From: a virus
Taxonomy: Duplodnaviria; Caudoviricetes
DNA length: 52,259 bases
IMG/VR virus record: IMGVR_UViG_3300030106_001108
Span: 1 to 52,259 of that record
Reading direction: 5' to 3' (one strand)
The translations under genes were made by a program, and so were the position numbers. Positions 25,131 to 35,041 of the stretch are shown here, one piece after another. A model generated the notes under the pieces. The model was given only the letters and a program-made list of their open reading frames with translations. It did no database searches and was not told where the DNA came from. Position 1 is the first letter of the stretch. Each line of letters starts with the position of its first letter.

Positions 25131-26864
25131 ATGAAACGATACATAATACCATTATTAATATTATTAGCATTACCTTTATTATTTCAAAGTACACCTACTG
25201 AAATAATTAAATTAAAAACATTTGATGCTTTGATAAAAACTCCAGAGCCATCAGGTAATTTTGTTATACTTAATATTACAGAGGACGATGTAGAACGTGA
25301 GGGCGGTTATCCATTACCTAGAGATCGTTTAGCAAACATACAACTTGAATTACTGGGCAAAGGTGCATTAGGTGTAGGTTGGGTCATATCATTCCCACAA
25401 GCAGATAGAATGGGCGGTGATAGTAGGTTCGTTAGCAGTTTAGGTTATGCACCTAGTGTTTTGGCTACGTTTGAAAACGGTAAAGGTGTGTACCCTAAAA
25501 CAACAGGAACTGTCATAAGAGGACCAGATGCTGGCGGTATACAATCTACAGGCATAAAAGAAAACTATTATGTGTATGAAAATATTTTGCAGGGTGTTGC
25601 TACAGCTCCTACTGAGGTTGACCAACTTGTAAGGCGTATTCCTCTCTTACTTAAGAGCCCGAATGGTTGGTCAGCTTCTTTCGGCACACAAGTTTTAAAA
25701 ATTTTAACCAACACTCCAACATACATAATCACAACCAATGATAACGGGGTACAAGAAATAGCAGTTAGGGGTTTACCACCAGTTAAAACAGATAGTTTTG
25801 GTCGTAAATGGATAAGTTGGGTTGATACGCCACAAACAGATTTACAAGAAATGAACGTAAATGGTAAATTTGTGTTTGTAGGTGTTACCGCTAACGGTGT
25901 CATGCCACAAGTTGCTACTCCTGTAGGTTTACTAGAGCCACACAAAATACAGGCAGCACTCGCTGAATCTATACTGATACAAAATAGTCCTTACATACCT
26001 GATTGGTCACTAGCTGTTGAATTAACTGTATTTTTATTTGGTGTAGTGTTAATATGGTTTTTACTTCAATATTTAGGTATAACTTTAGGGATAGTTACTG
26101 CGTCAGGTGTAATGATACTTACTGGTTTTTTAGGTTATTATTCTATAACTAAAGGAATATTGATTGATGTAACTTGGACATTAATTTCTGAATTTATAAC
26201 TGCTTCTACTGCATTTTACCTACGTTTTAGACAACAATATAAATTACGTCAATTAATTAAAAAACAGTTTGAACATTATCTCGATCCACGACAGGTAAAA
26301 TTACTACAGAAAAATCCTGATTTATTAAAATTAGGTGGTGAAAAAAGAAACTGTACTTTTTTATTCACCGACGTAAGAGGTTTTACATCTTTATCAGAAA
26401 AATTAGAACCAGAACAGGTTACTGAAATTATGAACAAAGCCTTAACTATACAATCAAATGCTGTAAAAGAGTATGGAGGTATGGTTGATAAGTATATTGG
26501 TGATGCAATGATGGCTATATTTAATGCTCCTATAGATTTACCTAACCATGAAGATAGAGCTATAAAAACAGCATTAAAAATAATAGAAGATATGAAAAAA
26601 GCAGATATAGGAGTAGCAATAGGAATAGGAATTAATACGGGTAAAGCAGTAGTAGGCAACATGGGAAGCGAAACTAGGTTTGATTATTCAGCGATAGGAG
26701 ACCCTGTTAACACTGCTGCTAGGCTTGAATCAGCAACTAAAGAAGTAGGTGTAGATTTAATAATAGGTGAAAATACTAAAAAAAGTTGCGATTTTAAGTT
26801 AAAATTGTTAAAACCAATTAAAGTTAAGGGTAAAAAAGAATCATTAACTATATATACGGTATGA
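25131..26864 (+). CDS. CHASE2-domain class III adenylate cyclase
   Basis: N-terminal TM; GGYPLPR, D.LVRRIPL, VFVGVTA and TPVG CHASE2 motifs; 3 TMs; FTDVRGFT, DKYIGDA, GINTG, IGDPVNTAARLES. Confidence 0.93.
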   Translation: MKRYIIPLLILLALPLLFQSTPTEIIKLKTFDALIKTPEPSGNFVILNITEDDVEREGGYPLPRDRLANIQLELLGKGALGVGWVISFPQADRMGGDSRFVSSLGYAPSVLATFENGKGVYPKTTGTVIRGPDAGGIQSTGIKENYYVYENILQGVATAPTEVDQLVRRIPLLLKSPNGWSASFGTQVLKILTNTPTYIITTNDNGVQEIAVRGLPPVKTDSFGRKWISWVDTPQTDLQEMNVNGKFVFVGVTANGVMPQVATPVGLLEPHKIQAALAESILIQNSPYIPDWSLAVELTVFLFGVVLIWFLLQYLGITLGIVTASGVMILTGFLGYYSITKGILIDVTWTLISEFITASTAFYLRFRQQYKLRQLIKKQFEHYLDPRQVKLLQKNPDLLKLGGEKRNCTFLFTDVRGFTSLSEKLEPEQVTEIMNKALTIQSNAVKEYGGMVDKYIGDAMMAIFNAPIDLPNHEDRAIKTALKIIEDMKKADIGVAIGIGINTGKAVVGNMGSETRFDYSAIGDPVNTAARLESATKEVGVDLIIGENTKKSCDFKLKLLKPIKVKGKKESLTIYTV

Positions 26865-27076
26865 ATATGAATAAAACATTAAGTGTTCAAGACGTGGCTG
26901 CAGATCTTGCAGTTTCTAAAAAAGAAAACGCAGAACGTTGGAAAACTGCATTCAATGAGTTTGCTGATATTAAACAAGAAATAACCTCTATAAACAATAC
27001 TATAAAAATGGCTACGTTTGGCGTATTTAGTTTTATAGGTGCATTAACTATAGCGGTCGTAACGGTGATTATATGA
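26861..27076 (+). CDS. Small coiled-coil protein with a C-terminal TM
   Basis: Coupled ORF; hydrophobic C-terminus. Confidence 0.7.
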   Translation: MNMNKTLSVQDVAADLAVSKKENAERWKTAFNEFADIKQEITSINNTIKMATFGVFSFIGALTIAVVTVII

Positions 27077-27552
27077 AAGGAATATTAAAAAACATAGTAG
27101 GAGCAGTAGCTCCAACAATAGGTACAGCATTAGGTGGACCAATGGGTAATATGGCTATGGGTAAAATAGCTGAAGTATTAGGCGTATCTAATGACCAAAA
27201 ATCTATACAACAAGCTATACAAAACGCTACACCAGAACAAATGTTAGAGTTGAAAAAAGCTGAGCAAGAGTTTGAAGTACAGATGAAAGAACTTGACGTA
27301 GACGTTTTTAAACTTGAAGTAGCTGACAAACAAAATGCTAGAGGCATGTTCAGTAAAGATTGGACTGCTAGAATAATAGGTTTATTTACTATAGGTGGAT
27401 TTTTAGGATACATATTTTTAGTTACCTTACAACCACCAGAACAAAACAGTGAAGCACTGATTAACTTAGTGCTAGGTTACTTAGGAGGGTTAGCAAGTGC
27501 AATTATTTCGTTCTATTTTGGGGCGTCTCACACCAGCGATAAAGGAGAGTAG
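27073..27552 (+). CDS. Putative holin
   Basis: APTIGTALGGP start, two C-terminal TMs, FYFGAS; directly upstream of the lysozyme. Confidence 0.7.
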   Translation: MKGILKNIVGAVAPTIGTALGGPMGNMAMGKIAEVLGVSNDQKSIQQAIQNATPEQMLELKKAEQEFEVQMKELDVDVFKLEVADKQNARGMFSKDWTARIIGLFTIGGFLGYIFLVTLQPPEQNSEALINLVLGYLGGLASAIISFYFGASHTSDKGE

Positions 27553-27553
27553 T

Positions 27554-27997
27554 ATGAAAATATCACAAGAGGGCTTGTCCCTTATAAAAAAATTTGAGGG
27601 TTGTGAGCTTGAAGCCTATAAATGTGCTGCGGGCGTATGGACAATAGGTTACGGTTCAACAAAAGGAGTAGAAGAGGGCAATACCATCACACAAGAAGAA
27701 GCTGATAAACTTCTACTGGATGAGATGGAAGAGTACGAAGGATACATAAACGATATGGTTAAAGTAGATTTAAAACAAAATGAGTTTGATGCTTTAGTTT
27801 CGTGGGTATATAATTTAGGTTCTTCTAATCTTAGTTCTTCTACTTTATTACAAAAATTAAATACTAAAGAATGGGACGATGTACCTAATCAAATAAAAAG
27901 ATGGAATAAAGCGGGTGGTAAAGTTTTACAAGGCTTAATAAGAAGAAGAGAAGCAGAAGCTTTATTATTCGAGGGTAAAGAGTGGCACGAGGTTTAA
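27554..27997 (+). CDS. Endolysin, GH24 (T4/P21-type) lysozyme
   Basis: FEG..L.AY.C.AGVWTIGYG, FDALVSW.YNLG, GLIRRREAE; start moved to ATG 27554 after AGGAG. Confidence 0.95.
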   Translation: MKISQEGLSLIKKFEGCELEAYKCAAGVWTIGYGSTKGVEEGNTITQEEADKLLLDEMEEYEGYINDMVKVDLKQNEFDALVSWVYNLGSSNLSSSTLLQKLNTKEWDDVPNQIKRWNKAGGKVLQGLIRRREAEALLFEGKEWHEV

Positions 27998-27998
27998 T

Positions 27999-29864
27999 AT
28001 GCCGTTAAATAAATTTGTATTCAAACCTGGAATAATGCGTGAGGGCACAGCCTATGATAATGAGGGCGGGTGGTTTGATACAAACTTAGTACGTTTTAAC
28101 GCAGGCAGACCAGAAAAAATAGGCGGTTGGCGTAAAGATACACCAAATAGTTTTTTAGGAACTTGTCGAGCTTTACACTCTTGGGTATCTTTAAACGGTA
28201 GCAAATTTTTAGGTTTAGGCACACATTTAAAATATTACATAAATGAAGGAGATAATTTTAATGATGTTACCCCCATACGAGCCACGACTACTGATGGCAT
28301 TACTTTTTCTGCTACTGATGGTAGCTCTACTATAACAGCGACTGACTCAAGTCATGGAGCAGTACAGGGTGATTTTGTTACTATAAGCGGAGCATCTAGT
28401 TTAGGCGGTAATATAACCGCAGCAGTTTTAAATCAGGAATATCAAATAGTTAGTGTTCCTACTTCTAATACATATACATTTACCGCTAAAGATACTGACA
28501 GCAATACAGTTACAGCTAATAGTAGTGATAGCGGAAACGGTGGTAGTGGGGTAGACGGTGCATATCAAATAAACGTAGGTCTTGATACTTACGTACAATC
28601 AACAGGCTGGGGTGTAAGCACTTGGGGAGCAGGTGGTTACGGTTCAGTTACAGCTTTATCAGACACTAACCAATTACGTTTATGGTCACATGACCACTTT
28701 GGTGAGGACTTGTTATTAGCTGTACGTAACGGGGCTATATATTATCATGATACTAGCGACGGATTGTCTGCTAGAGCTGAAGCACTTACAGCACAAACTG
28801 GTGCTAATTTAGTGCCTACTAAATGTTTAGGTGTTACAGTATCAGAAACAGACAGGCATATTATAGTTTTAGGTGCTGACCCTATATCAGGAACAAGTAG
28901 AACTGGTACTATTGATCCTATGTTAGTAGCGTTTGGTGACCAAGAAAGTTTATTAGAGTTTGAGCCAAAAGAAACTAATACAGCTGGTAGTTTAAGATTA
29001 TCTGAGGGTAGTTTAATAGTTGGTTCAGTAAAAGCTAGACAAGAAACACTTATATGGACAGATACTGCTTTATACAGTATGCAGTTTATAGGACCACCAT
29101 TTACTTTTAGTATAAATTTAATTAACAATAATACTGGGCTCATATCTCCTAACGGGGCTATTACTTCACCTAGTGGTGTTTATTGGATGGGTTATGATAA
29201 TTTCTATATTTATAACGGTAGTGTAAAAAAAGTACCCTGTAGTGTACTGAGTTACGTTTTTGATGATTTAAATGCAGGACAAGCATATAAAATATTTGCG
29301 TTTACTAATAATGCACATGATGAAGTAGGTTGGTTTTATCCTTCAGCTGACTCAGAAGAAATTGATAGATACGTAGTTTATGACTTTAATGACAATGTTT
29401 GGACTTACGGTCAGTTAAGCAGAACTGCATGGCTCGACGAGGGTACTGTTAGTTATCCTAGAGCTACTAGCAATAATTATTTATATGAACATGAGTTTGG
29501 TTATAACGATGACGGTAACCCTATGACTAATGTATTTATTGAGAGCAGTGATTTTGATATAGGCGACGGTGAACAGTTTGCTTTTATCAATAGAATTATA
29601 CCAGACATAAAATTTTTAAATAACAGTTCGGCTGGTAAAGTAAACATAGTTTTAAAAACTAGAGATTTTCCTGGAGATACACTCACTACTAATAGCACTA
29701 ATGCGGTAGGTAGTACAACACAACAAACACACGTAAGAGGCAGAGCTAGACAAGTCGTACTCAGGCTTGAATCTTATGACGGTAACACTAATTCTGGTAA
29801 TGATGATACTGGGTGGAGACTAGGTGCAACTAGGATCGATACAAGGAATGACGGTAGAAGATGA
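27999..29864 (+). CDS. Tail nozzle/DNA stabilisation protein (P22 gp10-like)
   Basis: 621-aa beta-propeller-like protein; PEKIGGW, EVGWFYPS, DRYVVY; precedes the ejection genes. Confidence 0.7.
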   Translation: MPLNKFVFKPGIMREGTAYDNEGGWFDTNLVRFNAGRPEKIGGWRKDTPNSFLGTCRALHSWVSLNGSKFLGLGTHLKYYINEGDNFNDVTPIRATTTDGITFSATDGSSTITATDSSHGAVQGDFVTISGASSLGGNITAAVLNQEYQIVSVPTSNTYTFTAKDTDSNTVTANSSDSGNGGSGVDGAYQINVGLDTYVQSTGWGVSTWGAGGYGSVTALSDTNQLRLWSHDHFGEDLLLAVRNGAIYYHDTSDGLSARAEALTAQTGANLVPTKCLGVTVSETDRHIIVLGADPISGTSRTGTIDPMLVAFGDQESLLEFEPKETNTAGSLRLSEGSLIVGSVKARQETLIWTDTALYSMQFIGPPFTFSINLINNNTGLISPNGAITSPSGVYWMGYDNFYIYNGSVKKVPCSVLSYVFDDLNAGQAYKIFAFTNNAHDEVGWFYPSADSEEIDRYVVYDFNDNVWTYGQLSRTAWLDEGTVSYPRATSNNYLYEHEFGYNDDGNPMTNVFIESSDFDIGDGEQFAFINRIIPDIKFLNNSSAGKVNIVLKTRDFPGDTLTTNSTNAVGSTTQQTHVRGRARQVVLRLESYDGNTNSGNDDTGWRLGATRIDTRNDGRR

Positions 29865-30202
29865 GTAAACTTTTAGCTACTAGGCTACCTATATCTATGG
29901 GTGATGTAGTAACTCCTGATATCTATAATAGGTTAGTTAGGATATTAGAGATTAATTTAGGCACATTCGACCCTGACAATACTAGACAAATAACAACAGC
30001 AGAACGTGATACACTCAAATTTAACGTAGGTAGTTTAATATGGAATACAGACGTAGAAGTATTACAAGTATGGAACGGTTATAAGTGGTTAGATATAGGA
30101 GAAAGGTTAATAGACCGTGGTTATGAGGCTACAGCGAGTGTAGGTCGAGTTACAGTAGCCCTAGACGGCGATACTTCTATAGAGATTGGTATAAATAATT
30201 AA
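29861..30202 (+). CDS. Structural/hypothetical protein
   Basis: Coupled ORF; GSLIWNTD..LQVWNG.W. Confidence 0.7.
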   Translation: MSKLLATRLPISMGDVVTPDIYNRLVRILEINLGTFDPDNTRQITTAERDTLKFNVGSLIWNTDVEVLQVWNGYKWLDIGERLIDRGYEATASVGRVTVALDGDTSIEIGINN

Positions 30203-30258
30203 GTATATGAGTTGTTTATAAACTATACAGCTCGTGAACTTGTATATATAATAGATTT

Positions 30259-31218
30259 ATGGGCGGATTGAAGAGCGCATTTAAAAGTATTAAAAGGTTC
30301 GTTAAAAAGAACACGAGAGACATCGCTACTGTTATAGGTTTCGCTGTAGGTGGACCGATAGGTGCTGCTATAGGTCAAGGCATAGGTTCTTTAGGTGAGG
30401 GTAGAGATTTAAGTAAATCACTCAGAAGTAGTTTAAAAGTTTATGCTGGAGCTAATATGGCACAAGGTGCTGGACTATCAGGAGGTCAAGATGGTTTTGG
30501 TATTAGTTTCGGTACGCCTGTAGATAACACAGGGGGTCTAGGTGGATTTTTCCAAGACGTAGGGGCTACAGGCAGAGATATGTTTACTGGTAAAGATGCT
30601 GCTAAATTCGGTAGTGGCGACCTAATGGGCAGTTTTAAAGATTTAAATATGTTACAAAAAGCTGGTGTTGGTTTAATAGGTTCTGATATTGCAAGTGGTA
30701 TGATGGGCGATGAGACACCAGCTAGGACTCCTGGACCGATTGACCAAAGCGGATATTTAACTGAGGGTTTAACTCCTGCTATGCTCAGCGATGTATATGG
30801 TACTCAAGGCTCAAGTACAGGTATATCAGGTAGTATGCCTAGTTTAAGTTCAGCTTACGCATATGACCCAGTAAACTCTACTATAGCTGAGTTATTAAAA
30901 GAAAAAGAAAGGTATGAATTAGAGTTTCCTGAGTTCGCTAGAGTTAACGTAAAAGACGGTGGTATAGCGAGGTTGGCTGATGGCGGTGAACTACCAGAAG
31001 TTGATTTAAGAGAACATGGCGGTGAAACACATGACTCTGAAGGCTCAGGTGATGAAGATACCATACCAGCACTACTAGCAGACGGTGAGTTCGTAATGAC
31101 TAAACAGTCTGTTAAAGGTATAGGAGACGGTGATCATGATAAGGGTATAGCTAGACTATACGCTATGATGGATATGAATGAAAACAAAGCTCAAATGATG
31201 GGCTTAGGAAGAGCATAA
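30259..31218 (+). CDS. Putative ejection (DNA transfer) protein
   Basis: Gly-zipper hydrophobic N-terminus; G.G.EDTIPALLADGEFVMT C-terminal domain. Confidence 0.65.
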   Translation: MGGLKSAFKSIKRFVKKNTRDIATVIGFAVGGPIGAAIGQGIGSLGEGRDLSKSLRSSLKVYAGANMAQGAGLSGGQDGFGISFGTPVDNTGGLGGFFQDVGATGRDMFTGKDAAKFGSGDLMGSFKDLNMLQKAGVGLIGSDIASGMMGDETPARTPGPIDQSGYLTEGLTPAMLSDVYGTQGSSTGISGSMPSLSSAYAYDPVNSTIAELLKEKERYELEFPEFARVNVKDGGIARLADGGELPEVDLREHGGETHDSEGSGDEDTIPALLADGEFVMTKQSVKGIGDGDHDKGIARLYAMMDMNENKAQMMGLGRA

Positions 31219-32561
31219 TGGCAGAAGTAACAACAGGACGTAGCGAAACCCTACCTCCGCAGTATTATCAAGACTTAATGAGAGGAATCCCAGGGGCAAA
31301 CGTTCCTGGTATAATGCCTTTATTAAATCAAAACTTAGTAAATCAATTACAAAGTATGGGCGTTCCTGGTGGTACACCCTATACTTATCAAGGTCAAAGG
31401 ATAGCAGATTTTACACCTGCGGAACGTATGGGTATGCGATTAGCTGGTGAAAACGTAGGCTCTTACCAACCGTTTTTTGATCAAGCAGCACAAATGGCTA
31501 GGCAAGGTTATAGTGACGCTAGAGGCAGTGCTATGGAGGGTCAAGATTTTATGCGCCAAGGTGCATTATCAGGTGCACAAGGTATAGGCGAAGCACAAAA
31601 TTTACTCAGAGGCGTTCCAGGATTAGCAAGAGACGCAACTTTTGAAGGGTTGGGGGGAATACGTACAGGTCAAGGTACTTTAGGTCAGGCTACTGATATA
31701 TTAGGCGGTGCTGCTCAAGGTTTTGACCCTAGAGGTATTTCTAGTTTTATGAACCCATATGAAGATGCTGTAGTTGGTAGAGCTATGCAAGACCTTGAAG
31801 AACAAGGAGCAAAAGCAGATATAGCAGGTAGAGCACAAGCTATAGGCTCTGGTGCTTTCGGTGGTAGTAGAGCTAGATTAGGTGCACAAGAAAGAGAAGA
31901 AGCATTACGTAAAGCCCAGCTTGAAACCGCAGCAGGATTAAGAAGACAAGGTTATGAATCAGCAGCAGGTAGGGCACAATCAGCATTTGAAAATCAACAA
32001 GCTAGACAGCTTAATCAGGCTAATGCTATGGCTAATATAGGTCAACGTCAAGCGGGTATGGGTGCACAAGTAGCTGGGTTAGGGCAAAATTTAGCAGGTA
32101 CTATTGGTACTGCTGCTGGAGGACTAGGTAGTTTAGGTACAGGACTAAGTAACATATACGGTGGCACAGGTAGAAACTTAGCTAGTAGCGGACTACAGGC
32201 TGGTCAGTTTGGTTCTAACGTAGGCGGTCAAATGGCTGGGCTAGGTCAAGGGTTATCAGCTTTACGTCAAGGTGATGTTAACACTATGATGAATATAGGT
32301 GGTATGCAACGTGGACAAAACCAAGCTGGTTTAGACTTAGCATATCAAAACTTTGTAGGTCAATATAACTTACCAACACAGTTAATAGGTCAAACCGCAG
32401 GTATAGCACAGGGGTTAGCCCCTACTTTAGGTGGTACAGTTTTACAACGAGGTGAAACTAGTGGCGGTAACAATAACTTAATGAGCAATTTAGGCACCGC
32501 TATAGCTGGGTACGGAGTCTACAAAGATTTAACTTCTCCTAGTGGTGTGAGTGTCACATGA
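31218..32561 (+). CDS. Putative ejection protein
   Basis: Gly/Gln/Ala-rich; FMNPY...V and GAFGGSR motifs. Confidence 0.7.
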   Translation: MAEVTTGRSETLPPQYYQDLMRGIPGANVPGIMPLLNQNLVNQLQSMGVPGGTPYTYQGQRIADFTPAERMGMRLAGENVGSYQPFFDQAAQMARQGYSDARGSAMEGQDFMRQGALSGAQGIGEAQNLLRGVPGLARDATFEGLGGIRTGQGTLGQATDILGGAAQGFDPRGISSFMNPYEDAVVGRAMQDLEEQGAKADIAGRAQAIGSGAFGGSRARLGAQEREEALRKAQLETAAGLRRQGYESAAGRAQSAFENQQARQLNQANAMANIGQRQAGMGAQVAGLGQNLAGTIGTAAGGLGSLGTGLSNIYGGTGRNLASSGLQAGQFGSNVGGQMAGLGQGLSALRQGDVNTMMNIGGMQRGQNQAGLDLAYQNFVGQYNLPTQLIGQTAGIAQGLAPTLGGTVLQRGETSGGNNNLMSNLGTAIAGYGVYKDLTSPSGVSVT

Positions 32562-35041
32562 TAAATCAAGAAGACTTAACTAAAAATATTGATAGATCAA
32601 GGCTTTTGAGTCAAGCTAAAACTATGCTAGATCAAAACATACCTATGGAAACTATATCTCAACAGTTAGGTTTAGACAGAAACACATTAAATAATTTATT
32701 ATTACAAAATCAATTAATGCCAGAAACAGTGCTGCAACCAGAAGATTATAGAAGCAGTTACGGTCCAACAGGCATTATGTCTAATCAAATACAAGACGCT
32801 GACACTAATATGGTTATTGACGATATAGTGAAAGGCGGTGAAAAAAGTGAAGATATCATTGAATTTTTAGGTGTCGATTTAGGTGTAGATCTAGGTAACT
32901 TAGGCGGTAATCCTGACGATGATACTACTCAAACTTTAGGTCAAGCTTTGAACTCTGGTAGTGTGGCTGGGTCAATAGGTAGTACGGACGCTATGTCTTC
33001 TTTCCTTGAAAACGCTAGTTTCCTTGAAAATTTAAGTGACCCTGAAAAATTAGAAGTTTATAAAAAAGCAGCAGCAGACATTATAGGTGAACCAGACTAT
33101 GATGCTTTATTAAAAGAACCAGATAAAATTATGCCTTACCTAGCAGCAGGTTTATCTTTAATTCAATCAGGTGAAAAAGGAGACGAGTGGGGAGCAGCAC
33201 TCGGTAAAGCGTTTATAAGTGGTTATGGCACTAAAATAAAAGAAGAAAAAGAATTTACAAAAGGTAAACGAGCTTTAGAACTTGACAGACAAAATAAAAT
33301 TAATTCATTAGTAACTACTTTTGCTGTTCAAGATTTTGCAACTAGAGCATCACTCAATAAAACACTATTAAATTCAAGTTTAAAAGCTCCTATAGAAGTT
33401 GACATAGTTGGTCCAAGTGGCACATACGCTGATAAATCAACACTATATATGGATGAAACAAAATTTGCTGAGTATGCAAGGCTTAATCCAGGCAAAATAA
33501 GAGAAGCTAAAAATTTTAACAAACAACCATACACACTCATTGATAAAAACGGTATAGGGGTAAATGTATGGATGGATAATGATATGATAAATGAATTATC
33601 TAACAATCCTTTATTAGCTGGTAGAATTAAACAAGGTCACGAAGACAGAACTAGCGGTAAATTATATAGATATACTCAAAACGGTGAAACGGTTGAAAAG
33701 TTTTTAACTCAAGAAGCATTCAATGCTTTGCCTAAAGAGGTAAGAGAAAACGCCATACCTATGCCTACTACTGGTGGTACTCCCCAATGGGTACGAGATA
33801 ACGTAAGTGGTGAGGAACTTTGGATAGCCCCTACTGAACTACTTAGAAACTCAAACAAATATACGAAAATTATGAACGGTTGGAGCATGATTACAAATGC
33901 TGATGGTAGTACGGAAATGTCTTATGGATCTAATCAGCAACTAAGAGAAGCAAACAAAAAATACGAAATAGTTAACAATAAACTTTTAGGAGTTGATAGA
34001 GGGTTTGATAATTATTTTATTGCGGCAGACCAACTTGATAAAGCTATCACTGATTTTACATCACAATACCCAGAGCAAGCAGATTTACTTTTTGACAATT
34101 TAGCAGGTAACTTCACTAATTTCGCTGATAATGTAGCTATATCTTTAGGGGCTTTTAACAATATGTTTACTGCACCAGAAGACGAAGGTGGGTATAGATT
34201 TAAAATACAAACAGAAGCAAACGATAAAGGAACTTACGTCGATTACGAGGTAATGAGACAAAGTGTTGTAGGTAGTACCGAGTTTCAAGAATTTAAGAAA
34301 AGCCCTTTCGCTAGAATGTTAGAAGCTTCAGGTATCACGGGGGCTAGACTTGATGCAGCATTATTTGATTTAGCTATGTTGGGTGCTGCTAGTATGAATA
34401 TTGATAAAGGTCTTGACCTAAGAGCTATATCGGATTTTGAAACTAAGCAATTTATGAAATTACAAGGTGGTAACGTTGCCTCACTTAAACAATATCAAGC
34501 AGTAGCAAATGATTTTAGACTCAAACTAGTAAAGAAAAACATAGCTGAAATTGATAGAAATTTGTTAGAGTCTAATTTATTACTTATTACAGATAGATTT
34601 GGACAGCCAGACTTGGTAAAACAAGAAGCGTTAAAAAAGACTGGTTTGAAAATTAGAAAAAAATTAGAAGAAAGGTTAGCAAGTCTTGAAGAAATGGATA
34701 CTAGTGAAAAATTAAATTCTAAAGTAGAAACTTTCGTAATTGACACTGAAGTGGGCGGTGGTGATGAAAATGTAAAAGTTTTCCCCACTATTCAAATAAG
34801 TCCTAATAGTCAATTTGGGCAAAGTATAGGGATTACCGAACCTATAAACACAGAGACTAAACTAGAATTAGTTGACGGTACGTTTAGTTACCGTGATTTA
34901 ATGAATAATTATGCGAGATATGCTAACGAACCACAATTACAACAAAGTTATTATTTATCATTACAAAAACAACTAACCCCAGCACAGTTTCAAATACTTA
35001 ACATACACTTACTAGAAGCTGGATTAATACAGGTACAATAA
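32558..35041 (+). CDS. Large putative internal virion protein
   Basis: 827 aa, coupled within the ejection cluster. Confidence 0.65.
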   Translation: MINQEDLTKNIDRSRLLSQAKTMLDQNIPMETISQQLGLDRNTLNNLLLQNQLMPETVLQPEDYRSSYGPTGIMSNQIQDADTNMVIDDIVKGGEKSEDIIEFLGVDLGVDLGNLGGNPDDDTTQTLGQALNSGSVAGSIGSTDAMSSFLENASFLENLSDPEKLEVYKKAAADIIGEPDYDALLKEPDKIMPYLAAGLSLIQSGEKGDEWGAALGKAFISGYGTKIKEEKEFTKGKRALELDRQNKINSLVTTFAVQDFATRASLNKTLLNSSLKAPIEVDIVGPSGTYADKSTLYMDETKFAEYARLNPGKIREAKNFNKQPYTLIDKNGIGVNVWMDNDMINELSNNPLLAGRIKQGHEDRTSGKLYRYTQNGETVEKFLTQEAFNALPKEVRENAIPMPTTGGTPQWVRDNVSGEELWIAPTELLRNSNKYTKIMNGWSMITNADGSTEMSYGSNQQLREANKKYEIVNNKLLGVDRGFDNYFIAADQLDKAITDFTSQYPEQADLLFDNLAGNFTNFADNVAISLGAFNNMFTAPEDEGGYRFKIQTEANDKGTYVDYEVMRQSVVGSTEFQEFKKSPFARMLEASGITGARLDAALFDLAMLGAASMNIDKGLDLRAISDFETKQFMKLQGGNVASLKQYQAVANDFRLKLVKKNIAEIDRNLLESNLLLITDRFGQPDLVKQEALKKTGLKIRKKLEERLASLEEMDTSEKLNSKVETFVIDTEVGGGDENVKVFPTIQISPNSQFGQSIGITEPINTETKLELVDGTFSYRDLMNNYARYANEPQLQQSYYLSLQKQLTPAQFQILNIHLLEAGLIQVQ

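Noticed and set aside
25131-26864. Pycsar/CBASS-type defence cyclase
   Set aside because: The CHASE2-3TM architecture and the Lys in DKYIGD fit a receptor adenylate cyclase; no cyclic-nucleotide-binding effector is adjacent.
22151-26864. Host chromosomal DNA or a prophage boundary
   Set aside because: The genes are coupled to phage lysis genes on both sides with similar codon style; no integrase or att site was seen. Read-level confirmation is still advisable.
27497-27553. N-terminal extension (SAR-like) on the lysozyme
   Set aside because: The extension overlaps the holin and is not hydrophobic; the AGGAG RBS points to ATG 27554.
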